Positions 16,249 through 24,908 of a DNA stretch of 36,758 nt are shown one piece after another. The stretch lies in contig JAISLV010000032.1 in NCBI GenBank assembly GCA_031277075.1, forward strand, positions 1 through 36,758. Direction: 5' to 3'. Numbering within the stretch: the stretch's first letter is position 1; each line of letters opens with the position of its first letter. The translations under genes and the position numbers were made by a program. The DNA comes from Endomicrobium sp. GTDB lineage: Bacteria; Elusimicrobiota; Endomicrobiia; Endomicrobiales; Endomicrobiaceae. Under the pieces are notes generated by a model that did no database searches, was not told the DNA's origin, and saw nothing but the letters and a program-made list of their open reading frames with translations.

Positions 16249-16968
16249 TTATTCTGCGCGCGGGTCTATTTTTTTCACAGCTTCGTCGTATCTGCCGTAA
16301 GTTTTTGTATGTTTTTCAAAAGCGTCTTTATGGGCGACGCCCTTTTTTATATCTTCCATAACTTTGCCAAGATGCACAAATTTATAGCCTATGACTTCGT
16401 CGTTTTTGTCAAGAGCGAGTTCTAAAACATAGCCTTCTGCCATTTCTAAGTAACGCGCGCCTTTTATCTTTGTGCTATACATTGTGCCTATTTGCGAGCG
16501 CAGACCTTTGCCTAAATCTTCAAGCCCGGCGCCTATAGGAAGTCCGCCTTCTGAAAAAGCAGTCTGCGTTCTTCCGTAAGATATTTGCAGAAAAAGCTCT
16601 CTCATAGCGGTATTTATGGCGTCGCAGACTAAGTCTGAATTTAGAGCTTCTAAAATTGTTTTTCCGCTTAAAATTTCCGCCGCCATAGCTGCGGAATGCG
16701 TCATACCGCTGCAGCCGATAGTTTCAATAAGAGCTTCTTCTATAACGCCTTTTTTAACGTTAAGAGTAAGTTTGCAAGCTCCCTGCTGCGGCGCGCACCA
16801 GCCGACGCCGTGCGTTAAACCGCTGATATCGGTAATTTCTTTGGCTTTTACCCATTTTCCTTCTTCGGGTATCGGCGCGGGACCGTGCTTTGCGCCTTTA
16901 GCTACATAAGTCATCTGCCGCACTTCGTGCGAGCATTCGTAAGAGCAAGTTTCTTTTGAACAACCCAT
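16249..16968 (-). CDS. NifU/IscU-N-like iron-sulfur scaffold-domain protein with a Cys-rich N-terminus and an extra C-terminal domain
   Basis: 239 aa. Motifs are GCSKETCSYEC, GWCAPQQGACKLTLNVKKGVIEEALIETIGCSGMTHSAAMAAEIL (IscU-like Cys pattern and fold signature). SD is AAGGAGA. It lies 122 nt upstream of the GGGtGRT gene on the same strand. Confidence 0.65.
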   Translation of the reverse strand: MGCSKETCSYECSHEVRQMTYVAKGAKHGPAPIPEEGKWVKAKEITDISGLTHGVGWCAPQQGACKLTLNVKKGVIEEALIETIGCSGMTHSAAMAAEILSGKTILEALNSDLVCDAINTAMRELFLQISYGRTQTAFSEGGLPIGAGLEDLGKGLRSQIGTMYSTKIKGARYLEMAEGYVLELALDKNDEVIGYKFVHLGKVMEDIKKGVAHKDAFEKHTKTYGRYDEAVKKIDPRAE

Positions 16969-17021
16969 AAAATTTCTCCTTATAAAAAATTGCGGGCGTC
17001 TTTATACGCATTTTAACGTTA

Positions 17022-17029
17022 ATTATACA
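17022..17029 (-). promoter_or_regulatory. Extended -10 promoter (TGTATAAT) for the NifU-like/GGGtGRT operon
   Basis: Minus strand TGTATAAT about 55 nt upstream of ATG 16968. No good -35 box is present (best candidate TTGTAA with a 19-nt spacer). Confidence 0.35.
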
Positions 17030-17045
17030 AAATTTACGCGCTGTT

Positions 17046-17074
17046 TTTACAAAAATTTTTTTTATTGTTATAAT
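17046..17074 (+). promoter_or_regulatory. Near-consensus sigma70 promoter placed so that the lipoprotein mRNA would be leaderless
   Basis: TTTACA (17046-17051), a 17-nt spacer, then TATAAT (17069-17074). Only 6 nt (TGATTT) separate the -10 box from ATG 17081, and no SD is possible. Confidence 0.45.
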
Positions 17075-17080
17075 TGATTT

Positions 17081-17497
17081 ATGTCAAAAATTTTTATTCT
17101 ATTTTTATCGTTTTTTTGTTTGTCTTCATGCGCGGTTTTAGATATTCCTGCAAGAGTAGCAGGCTTATCAAACGAAAAATTTGAAAACGAAAAAGCAGGA
17201 CGTTTTGAAAAAGAATTTGCGTTTAGCAAAAAAGTTTGTTTTGATAAAAGCATTGTTATTTTAAATGAACTGCTCGCCCGCATTACCCGTAAAAATTACA
17301 AAAAAGGCTATATTATAGCCTTTGATTTTTCAAAAACTTTTGACTATTGCCTAGATTCTACAGAAGCGGGAATTTTTATAGAAGAACTTGAAGAAAGCAA
17401 AGTGAAAGTTGTCGTAATTTGCAATAATTCTATGCTTGCCAAAAATTTTTCAAATAAATTTTTTGAGATGTTAAATGATAAAAATCAAACGGATTGA
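17081..17497 (+). CDS. Hypothetical lipoprotein
   Basis: 138 aa with MSKIFILFLSFFCLSSCAVLD (lipobox LSSC). I recognise no family. Confidence 0.6.
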   Translation: MSKIFILFLSFFCLSSCAVLDIPARVAGLSNEKFENEKAGRFEKEFAFSKKVCFDKSIVILNELLARITRKNYKKGYIIAFDFSKTFDYCLDSTEAGIFIEELEESKVKVVVICNNSMLAKNFSNKFFEMLNDKNQTD

Positions 17498-17786
17498 CAT
17501 TATTCTCATAGCGATATTTGCCGCAGGCGCGGCTTTCCTTGCTTTCAATCAGGGGTCAAGGAATTTTGCAAGCCGTTTTATGAAAGCCCGCGAACTCAAA
17601 AAAAGCATTGAAAGCGCAAATTACCAAAAATCGCTTTTAGAAAAAAGTTTGTATAACCTTGAAAACGAGCCGTCCTACCTTGAAAGAATGGCGCGCGACG
17701 AACTAAAAGTGATAGCTCCCGGCGAAATTGAATATAGATTTTTGTCTGAAGAAGAAGAAGAGAAAGCTGAAAAGAAACCGAAATAA
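17475..17786 (+). CDS. ftsB: Septum formation initiator (FtsB/DivIC family)
   Basis: 103 aa with a single N-terminal TM helix, a coiled coil (LKKSIESANYQKSLLEKSLYNLENE) and the family C-terminal motif YLERMARDELKVIAPGEIEY. Confidence 0.7.
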   Translation: MIKIKRIDIILIAIFAAGAAFLAFNQGSRNFASRFMKARELKKSIESANYQKSLLEKSLYNLENEPSYLERMARDELKVIAPGEIEYRFLSEEEEEKAEKKPK

Positions 17787-17934
17787 ACAGCAAGATTTTT
17801 GGCAGGCTGAAAGCGCGGAATTAAATTCAAAATAAGCCGTTTTTTTAAAGCGCAATTTTAAAAAAATTCTAAAGTAAAACTTACGATTTGCTTTCTGCAA
17901 CAACCCTGCAATACTGTAAACCCCGCCAAAAATG

Positions 17935-18753
17935 TTACTTGCTTTCTAACGCTTTTTTTAAGCGCGCGGCGTTTTCTTTTAAGGTGTTTACATATGATTT
18001 GCCTAGTATATTTCCGCTGAGCGCAATATGTTTTGCGCCCAAACTTTTTGCCAAATCCCCGCCTGTAGCCGCGCTTATTTGCAAATTGTCAACTACTATT
18101 TTCACTTTTTGCTTTTTACCCTCTTTTAAAAGATATTCAAATCTTTTTTTTGTAAGGTCTTTTGGTTTTCCAAATGAACCGACTATTTCAAAACCATAAC
18201 TTTCAAGGAAACTTTTTATTTGTGAATTTGCTATAACTTTTACGCCGTAAGCTGAGGCAAGCTCTTTTTTTACCGCCGAAGCGGCAAAATCTGCGGCATA
18301 GAGATATTTCAAGCAATTTTCTTCATAATACTGCGCGTTTTCTTCGTCTAGCGTGCAGAGAATTGTTTTTATCTCGTCTGCGGCGCGGGCATGTATGTGG
18401 GGTATCATCCAATCGCCTTCAGTTTTTAATGTTTTATAAATTCTGCCTAAAGTTCCCGCTTCAATTTTTAACTTGTTAATCCACTTTTCGTTTTCAACGC
18501 TTAATATGAGATTGCTTTTTTCTACTTCTCTTATAATTTCAGGCGTAAGCTCAACAAAATCGGGCTGCAAAAGAGAATTGACTATTATAAAAACTTCAAC
18601 TTTTTTCCCGCCTATAGCTCTTGTAATTTCGCCGATGTTTATGTTTGAAACGGCAATAGTTATTTTAGTTTTGTTGGGGTCTACAAAAGGCGCAGCCCCG
18701 CAAAACGCAAGCATATTGAAAAATACATATAGTATCGCAAAGGTTTTTTTCAT
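17935..18753 (-). CDS. TroA/ZnuA-like metal ABC-transporter substrate-binding protein, orphan
   Basis: 272 aa with a signal peptide. The overall pattern matches cluster-9 solute-binding proteins (..IPHIHARAADEIKTILCTLDEENAQYYEENCLKYL.. resembles DPHxW..dP.n...Y..N). No permease or ATPase genes are adjacent, and the metal-ligand histidines are not clearly all present. Confidence 0.45.
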   Translation of the reverse strand: MKKTFAILYVFFNMLAFCGAAPFVDPNKTKITIAVSNINIGEITRAIGGKKVEVFIIVNSLLQPDFVELTPEIIREVEKSNLILSVENEKWINKLKIEAGTLGRIYKTLKTEGDWMIPHIHARAADEIKTILCTLDEENAQYYEENCLKYLYAADFAASAVKKELASAYGVKVIANSQIKSFLESYGFEIVGSFGKPKDLTKKRFEYLLKEGKKQKVKIVVDNLQISAATGGDLAKSLGAKHIALSGNILGKSYVNTLKENAARLKKALESK

Positions 18754-18850
18754 ATTTTTATGTGTAAAAATTAATTAAATTCCGCATTTCTTCATTAAAA
18801 ATTTGTCCGTCCGCCGTCAATGTCTAGCATTTTCTTCTTTGAAGCGCAAA

Positions 18851-19936
18851 TTACAGGCGGTATTTGTTAATATACTGCGTTCTTAAATCGTCAAGCAGCA
18901 GCGGTTTATTACGCTTAAAAACATACCAAAACTTCCACCCATTGCAAGACGGCGTTTGCTGAATAATCGCCCCTATTTTGTGTATAGAGCCGACATTGTT
19001 TTCATAGCGCAAATTGCCGTCTGATAAAACTTTTGCCTGCTTATCAAATCTTTTGCGCGTGTATAACAGTTCGCCTACGCTTATAATATTTTTTCTTACA
19101 AGATTTACAAAAGGAACTTTTTGCAGCTCTTCTTTGACTGTTTCAACCCAAGCGCTTTCAGGCAATAAATCGTTAATATTTTCTATTCTGGTTTTTGCAA
19201 TTTGAATATAATTTTTTTCTCTTTCTATGCCTATAAAGTTTCGTCCAAGTTTTTTAGCGGCGGCTCCCGTTGTCCCTGTTCCAAAAAACGGGTCTAAAAC
19301 CGTATCGCCTTGTTTTGTAGTTGAAAGAATTACTCTTTTTAACAATTCTTCGGGTTTTTGGGTTGAATGCGCTTTGTTGCCGTCTTTCCCTTTAATTCTT
19401 TCGCCGCCTATACACAAACCTATATCCCAAACAGAAGTCATCTGCTTGCCGCCGTTATATTGTTTCATTAATTTATGATTAAACGTATACTTTTTGCAGT
19501 TTTCGCCTTTAGAACACCACAAAAGAGTTTCGGTAGCATTTGTAAAACGGGTTCCTAAAAAATTAGGCATCGGGTTTGATTTGCGCCAAGTAATGTCGTT
19601 GAGTATCCAATATCCGAGATTTAACATAATATTTCCTACGCGATAAATATTGTGATACGAACCTATCACCCAAATAGTCCCCGTATCTTTCAACACTCTT
19701 TTACATTCTTTAAGCCAAGCTATACAAAAATCATCATACTCTTTGAAAGAAGAAAATTTATCCCAAGCGTCGTCTACTCCGTTGACTTTTGTATTGTTTG
19801 GGCGGTACAACTCTTTTTTTAACTGCATATTATACGGCGGGTCTGCAAAAATTAAATCAACGCTGGCGCTTGGCAATCCTTTTAATATCTCTATGCAATC
19901 GCCCTCATATATATAGTTCTTTTTTAGTTCTATCAT
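18851..19936 (-). CDS. CcrM/M.HinfI-type beta-class N6-adenine DNA methyltransferase (probable GANTC specificity)
   Basis: 361 aa and colinear with CcrM as I recall it. Shared motifs are DLIFADPPYN, WDKFSSFKEYD, IWVIGSYHNIYRVG, GYWILNDITWRKSNPMPNF.GTRF, HSTQKPEELL and DPFFGTGTTGAAAKKLGRNFIGIERE. The CcrM-type C-terminal domain is also present (GSIHKIGA..NGWKFW). Confidence 0.9.
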   Translation of the reverse strand: MIELKKNYIYEGDCIEILKGLPSASVDLIFADPPYNMQLKKELYRPNNTKVNGVDDAWDKFSSFKEYDDFCIAWLKECKRVLKDTGTIWVIGSYHNIYRVGNIMLNLGYWILNDITWRKSNPMPNFLGTRFTNATETLLWCSKGENCKKYTFNHKLMKQYNGGKQMTSVWDIGLCIGGERIKGKDGNKAHSTQKPEELLKRVILSTTKQGDTVLDPFFGTGTTGAAAKKLGRNFIGIEREKNYIQIAKTRIENINDLLPESAWVETVKEELQKVPFVNLVRKNIISVGELLYTRKRFDKQAKVLSDGNLRYENNVGSIHKIGAIIQQTPSCNGWKFWYVFKRNKPLLLDDLRTQYINKYRL

Positions 19937-20739
19937 AAATCCTCCATCTTTATACTCATAGTTTTATCATACAATTCTTTGAAAGCCTTTAACGTTTCCG
20001 CGCTTTCAGATAAATTCAAAAGATATTTGTCCACATCTTCGTATTTAACTTTTAAAAATTCTTCAAAAAAGTTTTTCCCGCGACGGATGTTTGAGCTTTC
20101 GGGTATATAAATATTGCCCTTCATTTTCTTAGACGTAAAGAAAAACAATATCGGTATCAATTTAGCGTTATCTGCAATATTTAATTCTTTTGCTAAATAA
20201 GCATATGTTTTTATAAATTTTCTGTTTATATCAACAAATTTTCCTGTATCGTGGTCGTCGTTATATTTACATTCCAAATAATAAAATTTGTCTGTATGCG
20301 TATTTTTAAACAATAAATCTATGTCGTGTTTGAATTTTATTGTCTGTCCGCCGCCGTCTCTAACAATTTGTTTTAAGAGTTTTGGGAATTCATAGTCTAT
20401 ATTTATATTTTCTGTTTGGCAACGCGTTATATAATTATCAATCAAGGCTTCATTCTTATACGACAGTTCAAAAGCGTTGCTTCTCTTGCCGCTATAAGTT
20501 GACATTATTTCATAACGTCCGTCATTTGCTATCAGTAAAGCAATAAGAGCTTCAATAAAATTGCCGAATTGAATATTCATGCTCTGCAAAATTCCGCCAA
20601 AAACTCTGTATCGTTTTGGAATAAAATGAATTTTGACCTCGTGCTTTTTTTGTAAACTCCTTATCATAGCCCGGCTGCTTGAATGCTCTATAATTTTTAA
20701 AACCGCTTTATTTATCAGCTTCTTAATTTTATCGTCCAT
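19933..20739 (-). CDS. Type II restriction endonuclease (PD-(D/E)xK), partner of the GANTC-type methyltransferase
   Basis: 268 aa. Its stop overlaps the methyltransferase start (ATGA). The candidate catalytic core is HDIDLLF..(13 aa)..YYLECK. The gene is visibly AT-richer than its neighbours. The specificity assignment is inferred from the partner only. Confidence 0.6.
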   Translation of the reverse strand: MDDKIKKLINKAVLKIIEHSSSRAMIRSLQKKHEVKIHFIPKRYRVFGGILQSMNIQFGNFIEALIALLIANDGRYEIMSTYSGKRSNAFELSYKNEALIDNYITRCQTENINIDYEFPKLLKQIVRDGGGQTIKFKHDIDLLFKNTHTDKFYYLECKYNDDHDTGKFVDINRKFIKTYAYLAKELNIADNAKLIPILFFFTSKKMKGNIYIPESSNIRRGKNFFEEFLKVKYEDVDKYLLNLSESAETLKAFKELYDKTMSIKMEDL

Positions 20740-20800
20740 TTTATGCCTTAGAAACCCGTTTGATTAAAAAATTATATCATACTTATCGGCGTTATTTATC

Positions 20801-20960
20801 TTTTTCGTTGCCGTGCCTGTCATGCTGAACTTGTTTCAGCATCCGTCGTTGCCGTGCCTATTTTTGAAAGCAGCTAAGCAAAGGCAGACCCTGAAAGAGA
20901 CCCTGAAACAACTTCAGGGTGACGCGTTCGCGTCAGTTTTGGGTGACGGCGAGGGAGTAA
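20801..20960. repeat. Family-1 modular repeat
   Basis: Contains ATGCTGAActtgtTTCAGCAT (20822-20842), CAGCTAAGCAAAGGCA, ACCCTGAAacaacTTCAGGGT (20900-20920) and GACGCGTTCGCGTC (20921-20934). Confidence 0.7.
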
Positions 20961-21002
20961 AGTTTATCGTTACCGTAATTTAAAAATCGGTCAAGTCAGT
21001 TT

Positions 21003-21812
21003 TTATTTTTTCAGCGTTTCGTTCATGCTGCCGGGTCTGTAGCCCAATATATCAATTGAAATGTAAGTATAGCCGACTTTTTTAAATTCATCGCTGACTT
21101 TTAGGCGATTATCTTTTTTAGTTAAAATGGCAAAACCGCTTTCGTCAGTTTCAATGCGCGCTAAATTCCCGTGATGGCGGACGCGCGCTTGTTTTAATCC
21201 CATATCAAGCAAAAACTGTTCGGCTCTGTCTATCATAGAAAGAGCTTGCGGAGTAATTTCATGCCCAAATGGAAAACGCGAAGCTAAACATGCAAACGGT
21301 TGTTTGTCCCAAGTGGGCAGCGCAAGATGTTTTGAAAGTTCGCGTATTTCTTTTTTTGTAAATCCGCAATAGCGCAAAGGACTTTTTACTCCAAGCTCTT
21401 CAACGGCTTTCAGACCGGGTCGGTAATCGCCGTTATCGTCTATATTAGACGCTTCCGCTACGTTTTTTATTTTGTTTTCTTTTGCAATCGCCCAAATTTT
21501 TGCAAACAGTTCAGACTTGCAAAGATAACAGCGGTTTATAGGATTTTTAGAAAATCCTTCAATAAGCAATTCTTCGCTTTCTACTATAATATGTTTTATA
21601 TTTTCTTTTTTGCAAAAAGCCGCCGCTTCGTTCAATTCGCGTTTTGGAAAAGAGCAAGAAGACGCCGTTACCGCTAAAATCTTATCGCCCAAAATTTCTT
21701 TTGCGGCTTTCAAAAGAAAAGTAGAGTCAACCCCGCCCGAAAACGCTATGGCAACGCTTTCTAAACTTTTAAGATATTCTTTCAATTTTTCGTATTTTTC
21801 TTGTATGTTCAT
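21003..21812 (-). CDS. LarE-like PP-loop ATP pyrophosphatase (TIGR00268-type, sulfur-transferase family)
   Basis: Has the PP-loop AFSGGVDSTFLL and a C-terminal region with CLASRFPFG, with colinear family length. The first 19 codons of the track ORF (to 21869) are MITE sequence. I therefore prefer ATG 21812 (MNIQEKYEKL); ATG 21830 is also possible. Confidence 0.75.
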   Translation of the reverse strand: MNIQEKYEKLKEYLKSLESVAIAFSGGVDSTFLLKAAKEILGDKILAVTASSCSFPKRELNEAAAFCKKENIKHIIVESEELLIEGFSKNPINRCYLCKSELFAKIWAIAKENKIKNVAEASNIDDNGDYRPGLKAVEELGVKSPLRYCGFTKKEIRELSKHLALPTWDKQPFACLASRFPFGHEITPQALSMIDRAEQFLLDMGLKQARVRHHGNLARIETDESGFAILTKKDNRLKVSDEFKKVGYTYISIDILGYRPGSMNETLKK

Positions 21813-21814
21813 TT

Positions 21815-22126
21815 GCTTTAGAGACGCCATTTTTTGAACTGCCGTAAAATTTGCGGCAATTACAAACATTATAGATTTTTAGAGACACCCAATTATACAT
21901 ATTTTAGAGGTCTCTCTAAAACAGGTATTTTTAAAGAAATAAACAGACGCAATGTCAGTAACCAAGCGGGTCTTTCTAAAAAACCCAATGTCAATCTGAG
22001 CATTGCGCCATAATGCGACATTTGGGCGTCAGAAAATTTATCCGTCCTTGCTTTTGGAACGCGGCTTTTTGAACTGCCGCAAAATTTGCGTAAAGGACGA
22101 ACATTATAGGTTTTTGCAAGACGACG
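21815..22126. mobile_element. Cluster of family-2 MITE fragments (one ~75-bp end fragment, TIR debris and one ~160-bp copy)
   Basis: 21829-21890 matches the right ~60 bp of the element (..GAACTGCCGTAAAATTTGCGGCAATTACAAACATTATAGATTTTTAGAGACACCC). 21968-22126 runs from GGGTCTTTCTAAAAAACCC to ..ACATTATAGGTTTTTGCAAGACGACG. A TTTTAGAGgtCTCTCTAAAA mini-palindrome sits at about 21903. Confidence 0.6.
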
Positions 22127-22160
22127 TGGTTTTTACTCAAACTGCGTTTGGACGCCGTTT

Positions 22161-23510
22161 TTATCTTCCGAAAATGTATTTTGGCAGGAAATCGGTCGCA
22201 ACGCTTCCTTTGCGGAATTTTTCGTTTGCCATTATTTTGCTGTGAAGGGGAGAAGTGTTTTTTATATTTTCTATTTCAACTTCTTTTAAAGCTCTCGCCA
22301 TTCTGGCGATAGCTTCGTCTCTATCTTCGCCGAGAACAATTATTTTTGCTATAAGGCTGTCGTAATAAGGCGGAATCGTATAACCCGAATAAACGTGGGT
22401 GTCCGTTCTAACGCCCATACCGCCGGGCAAAAAAAGTTTCCCTATTGTGCCGGGCGACGGAATAAAATCTTTATCAGGGTCTTCGGCGTTTATTCTGCAT
22501 TCTATGGCATGCCCTAAAATTTTTATTTTGTCGGAACTAAATTCAAGTTTTTCGCCTGCGGCAAGTTTAATCTGTTCTTTTACAAGGTCTATGCCCGTTA
22601 TCATTTCAGTAACCGGGTGTTCAACCTGAATTCTTGTGTTCATTTCCATAAAATAAAAATCGTTGTGTTTGTCTACAAGAAATTCAACCGTGCCTACAGT
22701 AACATAGTCAACCGCGGCGGCGGCGTTTTTGGCGGCTTTTCCCATTTTCTTTCTCAAAGCTTCGCTTATTAAAGGGGAAGGACTTTCCTCAACTAATTTT
22801 TGATGACGTCTTTGAATTGAACAATCTCTTTCCGGCAAATAGGCGTAATGACCGAATTTATCGCCCATAATTTGAAATTCTATGTGATGCGGCTCTTCAA
22901 TATATTTTTCCATATAGACGTCTGGGTTTCCAAACGCGGCTTTAGCTTCGGTTTGAGCCATAATAATGGCGTTGTCTAGCGTTTCTTCTGAAACTACTAT
23001 TCTCATACCTTTCCCGCCGCCGCCCGCAGTAGCTTTAATTATTACGGGAAACCCTATTTTTTTGGCAAGCGCGGCGACTTTCGGGTCGTCGGCTTCAACG
23101 GGACCGCCAGAGCCGGGAACAACAGGAACGCCCGCTTTTTTCATAAGTTCTATGGCGGCTATTTTGTCGCCCATTTTTTCTATTGATTCTTTTTTTGGTC
23201 CTATAAAATGTATACCGCAAGCCTCGCAAACTTCGGCAAAATACATATTTTCCGCTAAAAATCCGTAGCCGGGATGTATTGCGTCTGCTCCAGTAATTTC
23301 CGCAGCGGCTATAATGCTTGGAATATTCAAATAACTTTCCGAAGCTAAAGCAGGACCTACGCACACGCTTTGGTCTGCAAGTTTTACGTGCATACACTCT
23401 TTGTCGGCTTCGGAATGTACCGCTACGGTTTTAACGCCAAGCTCTCTGCAAGCTCTTATTACTCTGCAAGATATTTCGCCTCTGTTTGCTATTAATATTT
23501 TTTTAAACAC
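22161..23510 (-). CDS. accC: Acetyl-CoA carboxylase, biotin carboxylase subunit
   Basis: 449 aa. MFKKILIANRGEISCRVIRACRELG, ATP-grasp motifs (GGGGKGMR, EMNTRIQVEHPVTE) and full-length colinearity with AccC. Confidence 0.95.
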   Translation of the reverse strand: MFKKILIANRGEISCRVIRACRELGVKTVAVHSEADKECMHVKLADQSVCVGPALASESYLNIPSIIAAAEITGADAIHPGYGFLAENMYFAEVCEACGIHFIGPKKESIEKMGDKIAAIELMKKAGVPVVPGSGGPVEADDPKVAALAKKIGFPVIIKATAGGGGKGMRIVVSEETLDNAIIMAQTEAKAAFGNPDVYMEKYIEEPHHIEFQIMGDKFGHYAYLPERDCSIQRRHQKLVEESPSPLISEALRKKMGKAAKNAAAAVDYVTVGTVEFLVDKHNDFYFMEMNTRIQVEHPVTEMITGIDLVKEQIKLAAGEKLEFSSDKIKILGHAIECRINAEDPDKDFIPSPGTIGKLFLPGGMGVRTDTHVYSGYTIPPYYDSLIAKIIVLGEDRDEAIARMARALKEVEIENIKNTSPLHSKIMANEKFRKGSVATDFLPKYIFGR

Positions 23511-23534
23511 TTCAAATCTCCAATTTTAAAATTC

Positions 23535-23702
23535 GCCGCCGCCGCTCGTTTTTGCCGTTGCAGTTTGCTTTTGCCTAGCTGCGCTTTTTGCCCTTTTGTT
23601 GTTCCTGCCATGCTTTTATGCGTCCACGCGTCTATGCATCCGTTGTTGCCGTTGCCTAGCCGCTTAACTTCCCAGCCTAGTTTGCGTTTTTGCTCTTTGC
23701 CT
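23535..23702. repeat. Family-1 modular repeat filling the accB-accC intergenic gap
   Basis: Contains TTTGCCTAGCTGCGC, CCATGCTTTTATGCGTCCACGCGTCTATGCATCC and GTTGCCGTTGCCTAGCCGCTTAACTTCCCAGCCTAG. It abuts the accB stop codon. Confidence 0.65.
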
Positions 23703-24128
23703 TTATTTCCCTGTTTCTACTAAAAAAAGTTCCTGCCCGTATTCAACGGATTCGCCGTTTGAAACGCAGACTTTTATAACTTTGCCTTTAATTTTTGAAG
23801 TGACGTCTTTAATAATTTTCATCGCTTCAATTTGACCTACTTTTTGTCCGGGCTCTACTTCGGAACCTTCCCTTATCAAAGGAGGCTTATCGTTGCTTTG
23901 AGCGTTTGCAAAAGTGCCGACCATAGTTGATTTAATTGCGGTAAAAATAGGTTTGTTCTCTTCTTTGGGTTTTTCTTGTCGGACGGGCGCGGATTTTACT
24001 TCGGTCGGCAAAACCGCCACTTCGTTTTTCTTAAAATAAAATGAGTCTTCGCCGTTTTGATATTGAATTTCTTCAATATCCGTTTCTTTTATGGACTTTA
24101 AAAAATCTTTTATTTCCTGCGGATTCAT
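23703..24128 (-). CDS. accB: Acetyl-CoA carboxylase biotin carboxyl carrier protein
   Basis: 141 aa with a C-terminal biotinyl domain. It carries the EAMK biotinylation motif (VGQIEAMKIIKDV). Confidence 0.9.
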   Translation of the reverse strand: MNPQEIKDFLKSIKETDIEEIQYQNGEDSFYFKKNEVAVLPTEVKSAPVRQEKPKEENKPIFTAIKSTMVGTFANAQSNDKPPLIREGSEVEPGQKVGQIEAMKIIKDVTSKIKGKVIKVCVSNGESVEYGQELFLVETGK

Positions 24129-24234
24129 AAAACCCTCTGATAAAATAAGAATTAAGAAATTTAAAATCTGGTATTTCCAAACTTATCGGCAGGCTAATTT
24201 AACTCGCGTTCAGATATTGATTATCGTTTTATTA

Positions 24235-24792
24235 TTAAACTCTCTCAACGTATTCGCCTGTGCGGGTGTCAACTTTTATTTTGTCGCCTTCTTTAATAAA
24301 GAGCGGAACTCTAATATCCGCGCCAGTTTCAAGTTTTGCCATTTTTGTCATATTTGAAACGGAATCGCCTTTAATGCCCGGCTCGGCTTCCGCTATAGTC
24401 ATTTCAATTATTGCGGGCATTTCTATGCCTATAAGCTCGCTTTCAAGGAAAATAGCGTCAACTTCGGCGTTTTCTTTCAAAAAATCTTTCAAATCGCCTA
24501 TAATTACAGGGTCAACGCTTATCTGCTCGTAAGTGTTCATATCCATAAAATTAAATTTGTCGCCTTCTTTATAGAGAAACTGCTTTTTTTGTCTTGTGAC
24601 GCTTAAAGCTTCAAACTTTTCTCCGCTTTTAAAAGTGCGTTCAATTGTGCCGCCCTTTTTAAGATGTCTAAGTTTTACGCGCATTACCGCGCCGCCTTTG
24701 CCCGGCTTATGATTTTGAAACCACGAAATTTGATAAGGCTCGCCGTCAACCAAAATATTAAGTCCGTTTCTGAAATCCGATGTTGAAATCAT
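24235..24792 (-). CDS. efp: Elongation factor P
   Basis: 185 aa with MISTSDFRNGLNILVDGEPY.. and HKPGKGGAVMRVKLRHLK (the modified-Lys loop). Confidence 0.95.
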   Translation of the reverse strand: MISTSDFRNGLNILVDGEPYQISWFQNHKPGKGGAVMRVKLRHLKKGGTIERTFKSGEKFEALSVTRQKKQFLYKEGDKFNFMDMNTYEQISVDPVIIGDLKDFLKENAEVDAIFLESELIGIEMPAIIEMTIAEAEPGIKGDSVSNMTKMAKLETGADIRVPLFIKEGDKIKVDTRTGEYVERV

Positions 24793-24908
24793 TTAAAATC
24801 TCCGATTTTATTTTATAAGTAAAAGTAAGCGGTTAAAGAACTTTGGAAAACGTTTCCTTTGAGCGTCTATCCGTAAAAAGCCGCAAAAGGCAATGCGTAT
24901 TAACTTCT

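Noticed and set aside
17596-18199. ORFs of 65, 66 and 103 aa around the ftsB/SBP convergent gap
   Set aside because: They overlap the ends of better-supported genes on the opposite strand. They have a low-complexity Phe/Leu/Lys composition and no start context.
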